Assembly (NCBI GenBank): GCA_050295955.1 | Contig: JBNKQQ010000033.1 | Span: 76,988-140,987, forward strand | Direction: 5' to 3' | Length of the DNA: 64,000 nucleotides | Origin: Thiohalomonadales bacterium | GTDB lineage: Bacteria; Pseudomonadota; Gammaproteobacteria; RBG-16-57-12 | Part shown: piece by piece, positions 52,686 through 63,479 of the stretch | Numbering within the stretch: the stretch's first letter is position 1 | Layout: each line of letters starts with the position of its first letter | Program-made: the position numbers and the translations under genes | The notes under the pieces: model-generated | What the model saw: the letters and a program-made list of their open reading frames with translations, nothing else | Database searches by the model: none | Told to the model about the DNA's origin: nothing

Positions 52686-53213
52686 ATGAACATCGATAAC
52701 ATCGCCGCGGGCAAAGATGTCCCTAACGATATTAACGTCATCATTGAGATCCCTGCTAATGCGGATCCTATCAAATACGAAATCGACAAGGATTCTGGTG
52801 CAGTTCTAGTTGACCGCTTCATGGGCACCTGCATGTTTTATCCTGTGAACTATGGCTTTATGCCTCACACCATCGCGGGTGATGGTGATCCCGTTGACGT
52901 ACTGGTGGTGACACCACACCCTCTGGCCGTTGGTTCGGTTATTCGTGCCCGTCCAGTAGGTGTACTGAAGATGGAAGATGATGGTGGTGTTGATGCTAAG
53001 GTACTGGCTGTGCCAGTTTCCAAGTTGACTCCCCTGTATGACAACATCAACGACATCAGTGATGTTGATGAGCTGCTGAAAGCGCAGATTGTTCACTTCT
53101 TCGAGAACTACAAAGATCTGGAGAAGGGCAAGTGGGTGAAAATCCAAGGCTGGGAAGATGCAGCGTCTGCCCGTGCTGAGATTCTGGCGGGCATTGAAGG
53201 CAACAAAAAGTAA
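52686..53213 (+). CDS. ppa: inorganic pyrophosphatase
   Basis: The sequence [22 protein letters not shown] closely matches family I PPase. The start was trimmed to MNIDNI. Confidence 0.93.
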   Translation: MNIDNIAAGKDVPNDINVIIEIPANADPIKYEIDKDSGAVLVDRFMGTCMFYPVNYGFMPHTIAGDGDPVDVLVVTPHPLAVGSVIRARPVGVLKMEDDGGVDAKVLAVPVSKLTPLYDNINDISDVDELLKAQIVHFFENYKDLEKGKWVKIQGWEDAASARAEILAGIEGNKK

Positions 53214-53285
53214 GCCTTCCTACTTCAGAACCATCAAGGCGCTATGCTTCCGGGTATAGCGCCTTTTTTATGATAAGCTAACGAG

Positions 53286-54116
53286 ATGAACCTGATATTT
53301 ACCAAAATGCATGGATTGGGTAACGACTTCATCGTTATCGATGCCATTAATCAAACCGTTGATCTCTCTCCGGAACAGATCCGCTTTCTGGCCGATCGCC
53401 ATTTCGGTATCGGTTGTGATCAGATTCTGCTGGTGGAGCAGAGCACTCAGAGTGGGGTGGATTTTCGCTATCGAATTCTGAATGCTGATGGCTCTGAGGT
53501 GGAGCAGTGTGGAAATGGCGCGCGTTGCTTTGCCCGTTTTGTGCGTAACAAAGGGCTGACCGATAAAGATGCCATTGTGGTGGAGACGGCAGGTGGTGTT
53601 ATCACCCTTTACCTGGTGGAGAATGACCAGGTGCGGGTGGATATGGGCGTCCCTCGCTTAGTGCCGGCTGAGGTGCCTTTTGTGGCAGAGCAACAGGCTC
53701 CTGGCTATCTGATTGAGGTAGATGGTGATACGTACACCATCGGTGCGGTCTCTATGGGTAACCCCCATGCTGTGCTGCGTGTGGAGGATGTGGAGAGTGC
53801 GCCCGTTGAGCGTTTGGGGCCGCTGCTGGAGTCCCACCCCCGCTTCCCTAATCGGGTGAATGTGGGCTTTATGCAGGTGCTGGATCGTCAGTCGGTTCGC
53901 CTGCGGGTTTATGAGCGTGGTGCCGCTGAGACTTTGGCCTGTGGCAGTGGGGCTTGTGGCGCAGTGGTGGCGGGGCGCTTGCAGGGTTGGTTGGATGAAA
54001 CCGTTAAAGTCAGCCTGCCAGGTGGCGATCTAATCATCTCATGGCCAGGAGAAGGTGAAGCGGTGCAGATGACCGGGCCAGCCGTTGAAGTATTTGAAGG
54101 CAGTATTGATTTATGA
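53286..54116 (+). CDS. dapF: diaminopimelate epimerase
   Basis: It has the MHGLGNDF N-terminus and the two catalytic Cys (GNGARC, CGSGACG). Confidence 0.93.
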   Translation: MNLIFTKMHGLGNDFIVIDAINQTVDLSPEQIRFLADRHFGIGCDQILLVEQSTQSGVDFRYRILNADGSEVEQCGNGARCFARFVRNKGLTDKDAIVVETAGGVITLYLVENDQVRVDMGVPRLVPAEVPFVAEQQAPGYLIEVDGDTYTIGAVSMGNPHAVLRVEDVESAPVERLGPLLESHPRFPNRVNVGFMQVLDRQSVRLRVYERGAAETLACGSGACGAVVAGRLQGWLDETVKVSLPGGDLIISWPGEGEAVQMTGPAVEVFEGSIDL

Positions 54117-54757
54117 GTTCCCAACAGACAGACGATGTGATGCAGGATCAAGAGAAGCAGGTGATCGAATTCCTGCGTACCCACCCCCATTTTTTGGATA
54201 ACAATCCGTCACTATTGGCTGAACTGTCAGTCCCCCATGGCTTGAAAGGCAATCTGGAGTCGTTGATTGAGCGTCAGGTGAAGCTGTTGCGGGAGCAGAA
54301 TCGTGATTTCAAAGCTCGCCTGCAGGAGCTTATCGCGATTGCTCGTGAGAATGATGATCTGCATCAGCGCCTCAACAAGCTGGTGGTGGCAATGCTGGCG
54401 GTGGATCAGCGTGATGCCTTGATTGCATTGTTGAAAACCCAATTGCATGAAGACTTCGCGGCGGATGCCGTCAATCTGCATCTGCGCGAAGGGGATATTG
54501 AGCCTGAATGGCAGGAGCTCTATAGTTCGGTCGCTGGCGTCAGCGTGAAGTGCGGCAACACCGCAGAAGTTAATAAACAGCTGCTGTTTGGCGATATGGC
54601 TGATGGCATTGATTCCCTGGCGCTACTCTCTTTGGGCAAATATGGCTTACTGGCAATCGGTAGCCACGATGAGGAGCGCTTCCATAAAGATGTGGCAACC
54701 GACTATCTAAAGCAGCTGGCCGAAGTGATCAAGGCGATGCTGGCAAGGCTGAGCTAA
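54113..54757 (+). CDS. DUF484-family protein (YigA-like)
   Basis: It is in the conserved position between dapF and xerC, with a GAF-like region. Confidence 0.7.
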   Translation: MSSQQTDDVMQDQEKQVIEFLRTHPHFLDNNPSLLAELSVPHGLKGNLESLIERQVKLLREQNRDFKARLQELIAIARENDDLHQRLNKLVVAMLAVDQRDALIALLKTQLHEDFAADAVNLHLREGDIEPEWQELYSSVAGVSVKCGNTAEVNKQLLFGDMADGIDSLALLSLGKYGLLAIGSHDEERFHKDVATDYLKQLAEVIKAMLARLS

Positions 54758-54766
54758 GGGCCTAGT

Positions 54767-55678
54767 GTGGAGACGGCACAACTTCGCTGGATGGATGCCT
54801 TTCTACAGCACCTCAGCAATGAGCGCCGCCTCTCCCCTCATACCTACAAAAACTATCAACGTGATCTGAACAACCTGCAGCGCTATTGCGATGAGCGGGA
54901 TATTGCCACTTGGCAGCAGCTGGATAGTCACGCTATTCGCGGCTATGTGGCATGGCGACACCGTAATGGACTGAGCGGCAGTAGCCTACAGCGAGAGCTA
55001 TCCGCAATTCGTGCCTTCTTCAACTATCTGATTCGCGAAGGTGAGCTACCGAGTAATCCAGCCCAGGGAATTAGTGCTCCCAAACAGGGGCGTAGACTGC
55101 CTAAAACCCTGGATGTGGATGAGGTGAGCCAACTGCTGGATGGTCCCGCGGCAAACCCTGAAGATGAGCTACAGCTACGGGATCTCACCATGATGGAGTT
55201 GATGTACTCCTGTGGATTGCGTCTGGCTGAGCTGGCAGATCTGGATCTGGATGGCCTCGATATGAAGGGGGCGATGGTGCGGGTGATTGGTAAGGGAAAT
55301 AAAACTCGTGAGGTGCCCATTGGGCGCAAGGCGCTGGAGATATTGGGATTATGGTTAACTGCACGCTCAGCGATGGCCAAGAGGGATGAACGGGCGCTGT
55401 TTGTGGGTAAGCAGGGGCGGCGTCTTAGCCATCGGGCCATACAGATGCGCATGAAAGAGCAGGGGATTAAGCAGGGGCTGTTGGCGAATGTACACCCTCA
55501 CCGTCTGCGCCACTCCTTTGCCAGTCATATGTTGGAGTCCAGTGGTGATCTGCGTGCCGTGCAGGAGCTATTGGGGCATGCGGATATCTCTACTACTCAG
55601 ATCTACACCCATCTCGATTTTCAACACCTGGCAGAGGTGTATGACAAGGCCCATCCCCGGGCAAAAAAGAAACCTTAG
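54767..55678 (+). CDS. xerC: tyrosine recombinase XerC
   Basis: It has the catalytic residues R...HRLRHSFA...LGHADISTTQIYTH and follows the dapF-DUF484-xerC order. Confidence 0.9.
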   Translation: METAQLRWMDAFLQHLSNERRLSPHTYKNYQRDLNNLQRYCDERDIATWQQLDSHAIRGYVAWRHRNGLSGSSLQRELSAIRAFFNYLIREGELPSNPAQGISAPKQGRRLPKTLDVDEVSQLLDGPAANPEDELQLRDLTMMELMYSCGLRLAELADLDLDGLDMKGAMVRVIGKGNKTREVPIGRKALEILGLWLTARSAMAKRDERALFVGKQGRRLSHRAIQMRMKEQGIKQGLLANVHPHRLRHSFASHMLESSGDLRAVQELLGHADISTTQIYTHLDFQHLAEVYDKAHPRAKKKP

Positions 55679-55679
55679 T

Positions 55680-57215
55680 CTATTTAGGCCACCAGATCTG
55701 ATATTCACCCAATTCACGTACCATGCGATAGCGGCTGTGGAGGTAGTTATCCAGCAGATTTACTCCGTTATCACGTCGACTGGCGTTGGGCTCCTGGCTG
55801 CTGCGTTGAGCAAGAATCACCATTCTTACCCGGTGCTGTTGCAGCTCCTGGATGATCTGCTGCTGTACCTCTGCCGTGGTGGTGATGCCCGGGTGTAATT
55901 CGTGATAACGGGTGCCATAGCCCCGTTCGCTCAAGAAGTAGATTAGCGGGTCATTGAGCAGGAACTGGTCATGGTTTTGCACGCCCACATAGATCTTTTC
56001 ATCTTCCGCTGTATTGTTTTTGATGAGTTGGATGATCATCTTTAGCTGTGGATTCAGGTAGGCGTAACCGGCACGCCCACTGGTGGCTTGAGGGAGTTGG
56101 GTGTTAATTAGGGTGTCGAGTGTAGTCTGATAATTTTGAATCTGTGGCCAAAACAGGAAACCGGCAGCAGATAGCGTAACAACGCCAATGCTGAGACGTT
56201 TGATCATCGCCAATGGCTGGACTAGCTGATGCAGCAGTACGGCTACCAGCGGAATGCCACAGAGCGTGACCGCTAACAGGTGCACTACATCTGAGCGTAC
56301 CAATACCTGATAAGCACAAGCGAGGCAGAGCAGAAGCAGGTAGAGCAGAGCGTATCGGTTATCCGACTTTTTCCAAAAGAGGTAGGCGATTGCAGCAATA
56401 GTCGCCAGAAGAATAAATGGCAATAGCACGAACAGAGGTGTTACTGCGCCGAAGTGGAAGGGATAAGGAAGGCTTCTGAACGCTGGAATCAACCAGGCTG
56501 GGGTTGCCACCAACTGTTGCCATAGCACTGCCGGTGAGGCGAATGTCCACAAGGCCAATAGCAACAGAAGTAGGCCAGCGGCGCTAAAGGAGATGGCGTG
56601 CCACAGAGGGGTATACCCCGCACCTCGTGTTTTCAAAAACAGCCCTAAAGTAACGAGCACTGCAAATAGTGCTGGTAACCCCATGTCATGGCGAAACAGT
56701 GTGGCCAAAAGCAGACTCAAAATGCTGGTAAAGAGCCAGGGAGCACGCTGTGCTGAAAGGTATTGGCTGAACAGATAGGCGGATAACAGTAGCAACCAGG
56801 CGGCAGGATAGACTGGATAAAGCGGCAGTGGATAGTGGCTAATCCAAAGCAGGCTGAGCAGCCAAGCGATCCAGGCTGCCATATTGGAGCGGGTGAGCCG
56901 TTTTGCCAATAGGAAGGTGGTGATCAGCAGGGCGATCTTAATGAGAATGTCGTAGCCCCTGGCGGTGAGCAGGGACGGGTCAAACAGAGAGAAGGCGGCC
57001 GCCAGCAGGAAAAACTGCCCGGGGGGATAAATGCTCCAGTAATCCCGATAGGGAAGCTCGCCTGAGAGAATACGATCAGCGGCGGCGATGACAAAGCCCT
57101 CATCATAAACTTGTGCCTCAACCAGAAAGATTGATAACAGGCTGAGTAGGCTAAGTGCCACTATAGGGATAAGTTGCCACTGTGCCAGTAGTGGCGGATA
57201 TTTACGCAAATCCAT
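55680..57215 (-). CDS. polytopic membrane protein, GT-C fold glycosyltransferase-like (ArnT/PMT-like) with C-terminal soluble domain
   Basis: It has about 11 TM segments, an early DEG/DR-type loop and a C-terminal soluble domain of about 150 aa. The assignment rests on topology only. Confidence 0.5.
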   Translation of the reverse strand: MDLRKYPPLLAQWQLIPIVALSLLSLLSIFLVEAQVYDEGFVIAAADRILSGELPYRDYWSIYPPGQFFLLAAAFSLFDPSLLTARGYDILIKIALLITTFLLAKRLTRSNMAAWIAWLLSLLWISHYPLPLYPVYPAAWLLLLSAYLFSQYLSAQRAPWLFTSILSLLLATLFRHDMGLPALFAVLVTLGLFLKTRGAGYTPLWHAISFSAAGLLLLLLALWTFASPAVLWQQLVATPAWLIPAFRSLPYPFHFGAVTPLFVLLPFILLATIAAIAYLFWKKSDNRYALLYLLLLCLACAYQVLVRSDVVHLLAVTLCGIPLVAVLLHQLVQPLAMIKRLSIGVVTLSAAGFLFWPQIQNYQTTLDTLINTQLPQATSGRAGYAYLNPQLKMIIQLIKNNTAEDEKIYVGVQNHDQFLLNDPLIYFLSERGYGTRYHELHPGITTTAEVQQQIIQELQQHRVRMVILAQRSSQEPNASRRDNGVNLLDNYLHSRYRMVRELGEYQIWWPK

Positions 57216-57403
57216 GTATTGGTCTTTATTGTTCTATACGTTGGAGTATTGTGCGGAGTTCACTGCGGAGGGGCAAATCTTTTTACCCGGTGGCTATCAC
57301 CACTTGCATTCGAGGCAACTGTCCCCATATACCTTCGATATCCATTCCTGCCTGAAGCCCGCTGAGGCTTGGTGTACAATAGGCAAAAAATAATGAGGAG
57401 AGT

Positions 57404-57958
57404 GTGTTGGAACAGTTTCGTGGCACCACTATCGTCTCGGTGAGACGGGGTAATAAGGTGGTCATTGGTGGCGATGGCCAGGTGACCTTGGGCAATACCG
57501 TGATGAAAGGCAATGCCCGCAAAGTGCGCCGTTTGCATAATGGTAAAGTGATCGCTGGGTTTGCAGGGGGCACGGCGGATGCTTTCACCCTGTTTGAGCG
57601 CTTTGAAGCGAAGCTGGATAAGCACCAGGGGCACTTGGTGCGTGCTGCAGTGGAGATGGCCAAAGATTGGCGTACTGACCGCATGCTGCGCAAGCTGGAG
57701 GCACTGTTAGCGGTTGCCGATGAGAATGCCTCGCTGATTATCTCCGGTAATGGTGATGTGATTGAGCCAGAAAAGGGCTTGATCGCCATCGGTTCCGGCG
57801 GTCCCTTTGCACAATCTGCGGCTTCAGCGCTGCTGGATTGCACCGAGATGGATGCCCGCGCAATTGTTGAGAAAGCACTGAGTATTGCCGGTGACATCTG
57901 TATCTATACCAACCATAACCACACCATTGAAGAGCTGGAGATTAGCAATGGCCAATGA
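57404..57958 (+). CDS. hslV: ATP-dependent protease subunit HslV
   Basis: The sequence [37 protein letters not shown] is near-identical to HslV. The exact start (GTG or TTG after AGGAG) is uncertain, because the catalytic Thr should be N-terminal. Confidence 0.92.
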   Translation: MLEQFRGTTIVSVRRGNKVVIGGDGQVTLGNTVMKGNARKVRRLHNGKVIAGFAGGTADAFTLFERFEAKLDKHQGHLVRAAVEMAKDWRTDRMLRKLEALLAVADENASLIISGNGDVIEPEKGLIAIGSGGPFAQSAASALLDCTEMDARAIVEKALSIAGDICIYTNHNHTIEELEISNGQ

Positions 57959-59300
57959 TTACCAAACTCCCTGTCTGACACCTCGTGAAATCGTCCAGGC
58001 GTTGGATGAGCACATCATCGGCCAAGCAGAAGCCAAGCGAGCAGTTGCCATTGCACTGCGTAACCGCTGGCGCCGCAGCCAGCTGGATGAAAATCTGCGT
58101 AATGAGATCACCCCTAAAAACATTCTGATGATTGGTCCTACCGGTGTGGGTAAGACTGAGATCGCCCGCCGCCTAGCCAAGTTGGCCCATGCACCCTTTA
58201 TTAAAGTGGAAGCCACCAAGTTTACTGAGGTGGGTTACGTGGGGCGTGATGTGGAATCCATTGTGCGTGATTTGGTGGAGTCAGCCATCAAGCTGACCCG
58301 CGAGCAGGAGATGAAGAAGGTTCGCACCCGTGCCGCCGATGCCGCTGAAGAGCGGGTACTGGACATTCTATTACCGCCGGCCCGTAGTGGCGGTATGTTT
58401 GAAGCGCAACAGCCCAGTGAGCAGGAGTCCTCTACTCGCCAGAAATTCCGTAAAAAACTGCGTGAAGGGGATCTGGATGAGAAAGAGATCGAGGTAGATG
58501 TGGCTGCTCCCCAAATGGGTGTAGAGATCATGGCGCCGCCTGGTATGGAGGAGATGACCAGCCAGCTGCAGAGCATGTTCCAGAATATGGGCAACACTCG
58601 CACCACCAGCCGCAAAATGTCGGTAAAAGAGGCGATGAAGATCCTGACGGATGAGGAGGCCACTAAGCTGCTGAACGATGATGAGGTGAAGCAGAAGGCG
58701 GTACAGCAGGTAGAGCAGAACGGTATCGTTTTTCTGGATGAGATGGATAAGATCGCTAAGCGTGGCGAGACCAGTGGTACTGATGTTTCCCGTGAAGGGG
58801 TACAGCGCGACCTACTGCCGCTGATCGAAGGGTGTACGGTAAATACCAAGTACGGCATGATCAAAACCGACCATATCCTATTTATTGCCTCTGGTGCTTT
58901 CCACTTGGCTAAGCCTTCCGATCTGATTCCTGAGCTGCAAGGTCGTCTGCCAATCCGTGTGGAGTTGAATGCGCTACGGGTGGAGGATTTTGTGCGTATC
59001 CTCACTGAGCCCAGTGCCTCACTGACTACCCAATATACCGCGCTACTGGCGACCGAAGGTTTAAGTGTCCAGTTTACCGATGACGGTATCAAACGTATTG
59101 CTGAGATAGCGTGGCAGGTGAATGAGACGACTGAGAATATCGGTGCCCGTCGCCTGCATACTGTCATGGAGCGTCTGCTGGAAGAGATCTCTTTCGCGGC
59201 GGCGGACAAGGGTGGGGAACAGCTGATTGATGCGGCTTACGTAGATGCTCAATTGGGTGAAGTGGCACAGGATGAGGATCTTTCCCGCTATATCCTGTGA
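57948..59300 (+). CDS. hslU: ATP-dependent protease ATPase subunit HslU
   Basis: The N-terminus is [16 protein letters not shown] and the Walker A is GPTGVGKT. The start overlaps the hslV stop. Confidence 0.95.
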   Translation: MANDYQTPCLTPREIVQALDEHIIGQAEAKRAVAIALRNRWRRSQLDENLRNEITPKNILMIGPTGVGKTEIARRLAKLAHAPFIKVEATKFTEVGYVGRDVESIVRDLVESAIKLTREQEMKKVRTRAADAAEERVLDILLPPARSGGMFEAQQPSEQESSTRQKFRKKLREGDLDEKEIEVDVAAPQMGVEIMAPPGMEEMTSQLQSMFQNMGNTRTTSRKMSVKEAMKILTDEEATKLLNDDEVKQKAVQQVEQNGIVFLDEMDKIAKRGETSGTDVSREGVQRDLLPLIEGCTVNTKYGMIKTDHILFIASGAFHLAKPSDLIPELQGRLPIRVELNALRVEDFVRILTEPSASLTTQYTALLATEGLSVQFTDDGIKRIAEIAWQVNETTENIGARRLHTVMERLLEEISFAAADKGGEQLIDAAYVDAQLGEVAQDEDLSRYIL

Positions 59301-59309
59301 TTCATACAT

Positions 59310-59372
59310 TTGTGTAGGAGCCTGCTTGCAGGCGATCCATCTATTCGCTTGCAAGCAAGCTCCTACATAAAA
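59310..59372. repeat. REP-like hairpin (gtaggagcctgcttgcaggcga / tcgcttgcaagcaagctcctac), doubles as hslU terminator
   Basis: It is a 22-bp inverted repeat. Single copies of the same 22-mer family occur at 14328-14350 and 46728-46750. Confidence 0.65.
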
Positions 59373-59397
59373 CATTAATTTTCCTCTGGAGTTAATC

Positions 59398-59763
59398 ATG
59401 TCCCAGTCTATTCCTACCGAAATCAAACTCCACCAACAGAGTCGTCAATTAGAGATTGCCTTTGACGATGGTGCACACTATCAATTCAGCTGTGAATTTC
59501 TGCGGGTTTACTCCCCTTCGGCCGAGGTGCGAGGGCACGGGGTGGGTAATGAGGTGTTACAAGTGGGGAAAGAGAACGTCAATATTACCAACATTGAGCC
59601 GGTGGGCCACTACGCGGTGAAGTTGGTGTTTGATGACGGCCACGATTCTGGCCTCTATAGTTGGGAGTATCTGCACCGCATCGGCGCTAGTCAGGAGGCA
59701 TTGTGGCAGGAGTATCTACAACGGCTTGAACAAGCGGGCCACACACGGCAAACTGCGGATTAA
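59398..59763 (+). CDS. DUF971 (gamma-butyrobetaine hydroxylase-like N-terminal domain) protein
   Basis: The conserved segment LEIAFDDGAHYQFSCEFLRVYSPSAEVRGH is present. It sits at the hslU-DUF971-ubiE position seen in Pseudomonas-like genomes. Confidence 0.7.
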   Translation: MSQSIPTEIKLHQQSRQLEIAFDDGAHYQFSCEFLRVYSPSAEVRGHGVGNEVLQVGKENVNITNIEPVGHYAVKLVFDDGHDSGLYSWEYLHRIGASQEALWQEYLQRLEQAGHTRQTAD

Positions 59764-59851
59764 TATACTTCTGGGTTTGTCATTTTTCGCTTTTGTAAGC
59801 GATGGCATATAATGAACCTGACTCCACGCCGCACGACAATGAGAAAGTCCC

Positions 59852-60607
59852 ATGGAAAATAATAACGAGAATAATACCACCCACTTCGGTTACCAGCAGG
59901 TTAAGGTAGAGGAGAAGGCGGGTAAGGTAGCCGAGGTTTTTCACTCGGTGGCCAGCAAATACGACATCATGAACGATGTGATGTCTTTCGGTATCCACCG
60001 CCTGTGGAAGCGTTACACCATTGATATGGCACGTGCCCGGCCTGGTAACCGTATTTTGGATTTGGCGGGCGGTACCGGTGACCTTACCAAAAAATTCTCC
60101 AAGATTGTTGGTCCCAGTGGTGAAGTGGTGCTGTCTGATATCAACTCTTCCATGTTGGGACAGGGGCGTGAACGCCTCACTGATGAGGGGATTTTGGGCA
60201 ATGTGCGTTATGTACAAGCCAATGCAGAGTGTCTGCCTTTTCCCGATAACCACTTCGATGTGATTACCATTGCCTTCGGCCTGCGCAATGTGACTGACAA
60301 ATCTGCGGCGCTGGCTTCCATGTATCGTGTACTTAAACCCGGTGGTCGTCTGCTGGTGTTGGAGTTCTCTAAGCCGGTGGATGCTTTAGCTCCGATCTAC
60401 GACACCTACTCTTTTAAGATTTTGCCCAAGATGGGCAAGCTGATCGCCAATGATGAGGAGAGCTACCGCTATCTGGCGGAATCGATCCGTATGCATCCGG
60501 ACCAGGAAACCCTCAAGCAGATGATGGAAGAAGTGGGCTTTGAGCGTGCAGCATACTTCAACCTAACCGGTGGGATTGTCGCCCTGCATCGTGGATATAA
60601 GTTGTGA
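59852..60607 (+). CDS. ubiE: ubiquinone/menaquinone C-methyltransferase
   Basis: It has the SAM-binding motif LDLAGGTGD and full-length UbiE similarity. Confidence 0.93.
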   Translation: MENNNENNTTHFGYQQVKVEEKAGKVAEVFHSVASKYDIMNDVMSFGIHRLWKRYTIDMARARPGNRILDLAGGTGDLTKKFSKIVGPSGEVVLSDINSSMLGQGRERLTDEGILGNVRYVQANAECLPFPDNHFDVITIAFGLRNVTDKSAALASMYRVLKPGGRLLVLEFSKPVDALAPIYDTYSFKILPKMGKLIANDEESYRYLAESIRMHPDQETLKQMMEEVGFERAAYFNLTGGIVALHRGYKL

Positions 60608-61083
60608 GGGAGGCAGTGCCTTCTCCCTACGCCAGTTTTGGCCAGCGTGCTGCAGCGCTGTTGATCAATCTATTTCTGTTTGCTTTGGTAACCAGTCTGG
60701 TGCCGCTGATTATTTTGCGGCTAAGTGGTGGTGCGGTTGACCTGCTGGTGGCAGAGGGGATGAGTAGTTGGCTATTCCTGGCCCTGTTGGCACTCTGTTG
60801 GGTGAAGTTTCGTGGCTCGCCAGGACAACTGATGATGGGCTGCTATGTGGCAGATGAGCAGGGCCACTCTCCTATTGGCTGGAAGAGTGCGATAATCCGC
60901 GCACTGAGTTACTGGGTATCCTTTTTGCCACTGTGTCTGGGCTTCCTGTGGACCATCTGGGATAAGCGCCATCAGGCGTGGCATGACAAACTGGCCAATA
61001 CCCTGGTACTCAATGATGTACACCATGATGTCAGTGACGAATCACAAAAAAGCCTGCAACAACTGTTGAGGGAGTTGAGATGA
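60604..61083 (+). CDS. RDD-family membrane protein
   Basis: It has three TM segments, a conserved Arg near the N-terminus and a C-terminal [17 protein letters not shown]. It is inserted between ubiE and ubiJ. Confidence 0.5.
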   Translation: MREAVPSPYASFGQRAAALLINLFLFALVTSLVPLIILRLSGGAVDLLVAEGMSSWLFLALLALCWVKFRGSPGQLMMGCYVADEQGHSPIGWKSAIIRALSYWVSFLPLCLGFLWTIWDKRHQAWHDKLANTLVLNDVHHDVSDESQKSLQQLLRELR

Positions 61084-61688
61084 ATATTGCTGAAGTGGCC
61101 GCCAGTGTGATGCAGAGCGCCTTTAATCGTTGTCTTGGTTTTGATTCCCAAAGTCGGGAGCGCTTTGCCAAGTTGCAAGGGAAGGTGATCGCTATTGAAC
61201 TGGCTGGTTTGGGGGCAAAGCTATTCCTGCTGCCAGGTGCCGAGCAGGTAGAGATCCGCGCCGATTATGATGGTGAGGCGGATGTGACCCTTAGTGGAAC
61301 CCCTTTTGCCTTTGCCCGCATGGGGCTGGCGGATGATAGTGCTGATTCGATCTTCCAAGGGGATGTCACTCTTAAAGGGGATAGTGCTCTGGGTAGTCGC
61401 TTTGGCGAAATCATCAAGGGACTGGATGTGGATTGGGAGGAGATGGCTTCCAGAGTGATGGGCGATGTGATGGCCCACAAGCTGGGGAACATGGTACGTG
61501 GTGGAATTGCCCTGGGTAAAGAGAACCTGGCCAGCAGCCAACAGACCCTAACCGAATACCTTCAGGAAGAGCTGCGTCAACTCCCTCCGCGGGAAGAGGT
61601 GGAGTGCTTTCTCAATGATGTCGACACACTGCGCAATGGCGTGGACCGTGCTGAAGCGCGGATAAAAAGGCTGGCAAGCAAGATTTAA
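61080..61688 (+). CDS. ubiJ: ubiquinone biosynthesis accessory factor UbiJ (SCP2 domain)
   Basis: It is about 200 aa, lies between ubiE and ubiB, and has an SCP2-like N-terminal domain. Confidence 0.7.
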   Translation: MNIAEVAASVMQSAFNRCLGFDSQSRERFAKLQGKVIAIELAGLGAKLFLLPGAEQVEIRADYDGEADVTLSGTPFAFARMGLADDSADSIFQGDVTLKGDSALGSRFGEIIKGLDVDWEEMASRVMGDVMAHKLGNMVRGGIALGKENLASSQQTLTEYLQEELRQLPPREEVECFLNDVDTLRNGVDRAEARIKRLASKI

Positions 61689-61690
61689 AA

Positions 61691-61790
61691 ACTAACACCC
61701 AACGCAAAGGCGCAAAGACGCAAAGACGCAAAGTTAAATAATAAAAGGGTTTATTCCTCTTCGCGTCTTTGCGCCTTTGCGTTAGATGTT
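61691..61790. repeat. long hairpin / REP-like element (aacgcaaaggcgcaaagacgc ... gcgtctttgcgcctttgcgtt)
   Basis: It is a perfect 21-bp inverted repeat with a ~45-nt loop containing a further gcaaagacgcaaag repeat. Confidence 0.7.
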
Positions 61791-61810
61791 ATAAAAAACG
61801 AGAACGATAA

Positions 61811-63466
61811 GTGATTAAACCGAGTCAGATTCTGCGTCTGTTGCATATCAACCAGGTCCTGATCAAGCATGGTCTGGATGAGATTGTTTTGGCGACTCAC
61901 TTGCTGCGGCCGGTGAGTTTTGTGAGCAATCTGCTGCCGTGGAATTGGTTCAAGCGTAAGCCCAAGGATTCTCAGGGGGCACGAATCCGTATGGCGCTTG
62001 AGGAGTTAGGACCGACCTTTGTGAAGTTTGGTCAGCTACTTTCTACCCGACGTGATCTGTTCCCCAATGAAATCGCCAACGAACTGGCCCGCCTGCAGGA
62101 TGCTGTTCCCCCGTTTCCCGGAGAGCAGGCTCGCGCTATTGTGGAGCGGGCCTATGGCAAGTCGGTGGCGGAGATGTTTAAGCATTTCGATGAGACGCCG
62201 CTGGCCTCTGCCTCTATCGCCCAGGTACATGCCGCTACCCTGCATAATGGTGCGGAGGTGATCGTTAAAGTGGTGCGTCCCAATATCCGCAAGGTGATTC
62301 GTCGGGACATCGGTCTGCTTTATACGGTAGCGGAGTTGGCAGAGCGCTATTGGGATGATGCGCGTCGCTTGCATCCGGTAGCGATCGTCAACGAATACGA
62401 AAAGACGATTCTGGATGAGCTGGATTTGATGCGCGAGGCAGCTTCCGCTTCCCAGTTACGACGTAATTTTGCTGACTCTGGTCAACTCTATATACCAGAG
62501 ATTTACTGGGATTACTGCCGCCGTGAGGTGATGGTGATGGAGCGAATCTCCGGCATTCCCGTGAGCGATATTAGCCGTTTGCGCCAGAGCGGTGTAGATC
62601 TGCTGAAGCTCTCCGAGGTGGGGGTGCAGATCTTCTTTACACAAGTGTTCACCCATAATTTTTTCCACGCCGATATGCATCCTGGCAATATCTTTGTCTC
62701 CCCTGAAGGGCAATATATTGCAGTGGATTTTGGCATTGTCGGTACCCTCTCTGAGGATGATAAGCGCTATCTGGCGGAAAACTTCTTCGCCTTCTTCCAG
62801 CGAGACTACCGCCGTGTTGCCGAATTGCATGTGGCCTCAGGTTGGGTGCCGGCGGATACTCGGGTGAATGAGTTTGAGGCGGCAATCCGCACGGTATGTG
62901 AGCCGATCTTTGAGCGGCCATTGAAAGATATCTCCTTCGGTCGCTTGCTGGTGAATCTGTTCCAGACTGCCCGGCGTTTTGATATGGAGGTACAGCCCCA
63001 GCTTGTGTTGTTGCAGAAGACGCTGTTGAACATTGAGGGGCTGGGGCGAACCCTGAATCCCGAGTTGGACCTATGGAGTACCGCCAAGCCCTTCTTTGAA
63101 AACTGGATGAAGGAGCAGTTGGGGTGGGGGAAGGCAAAGCATGAGCTTCAAGCGCAGATGCCCCGTTGGGGTGAAACGCTGCCCCAGCTGCCGGGTCTGT
63201 TGCACGATGTGCTGACCCAGGCCCGTGAGGGGCAGTTGGCTAATCAGCAGCAGATTCAGCTGCTGGCACAGATGCGTCGTGAACTGGAAGAGAGTAATCA
63301 ACGCAGCTCTCTGTTATTGCCCGCTGTGGCAATGATTGTGGCTGCCGCTGTGATCTACGGATTGGATGGTCGTGCACCCGCCATCGTAGCGGGTGCACCG
63401 CTACTGACCTGGATGCTGGGTGGCTTCGGCCTATGGCTGTTGATCATGGCGTGGATGCGTCGGTAG
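61811..63466 (+). CDS. ubiB: ubiquinone biosynthesis protein kinase-like UbiB
   Basis: It is an ABC1/ADCK atypical kinase fold (FHADMHPGNIFV, VDFGIVG) with two C-terminal TM helices. Confidence 0.93.
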   Translation: MIKPSQILRLLHINQVLIKHGLDEIVLATHLLRPVSFVSNLLPWNWFKRKPKDSQGARIRMALEELGPTFVKFGQLLSTRRDLFPNEIANELARLQDAVPPFPGEQARAIVERAYGKSVAEMFKHFDETPLASASIAQVHAATLHNGAEVIVKVVRPNIRKVIRRDIGLLYTVAELAERYWDDARRLHPVAIVNEYEKTILDELDLMREAASASQLRRNFADSGQLYIPEIYWDYCRREVMVMERISGIPVSDISRLRQSGVDLLKLSEVGVQIFFTQVFTHNFFHADMHPGNIFVSPEGQYIAVDFGIVGTLSEDDKRYLAENFFAFFQRDYRRVAELHVASGWVPADTRVNEFEAAIRTVCEPIFERPLKDISFGRLLVNLFQTARRFDMEVQPQLVLLQKTLLNIEGLGRTLNPELDLWSTAKPFFENWMKEQLGWGKAKHELQAQMPRWGETLPQLPGLLHDVLTQAREGQLANQQQIQLLAQMRRELEESNQRSSLLLPAVAMIVAAAVIYGLDGRAPAIVAGAPLLTWMLGGFGLWLLIMAWMRR

Positions 63467-63479
63467 GTCGGCCTGGGGA

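Noticed and set aside
57885-57947. 21-aa N-terminal extension of the hslU ORF ([21 protein letters not shown])
   Set aside because: Conserved HslU begins at MANDYQTP (57948), overlapping the hslV stop, and the extension lies inside hslV coding sequence.
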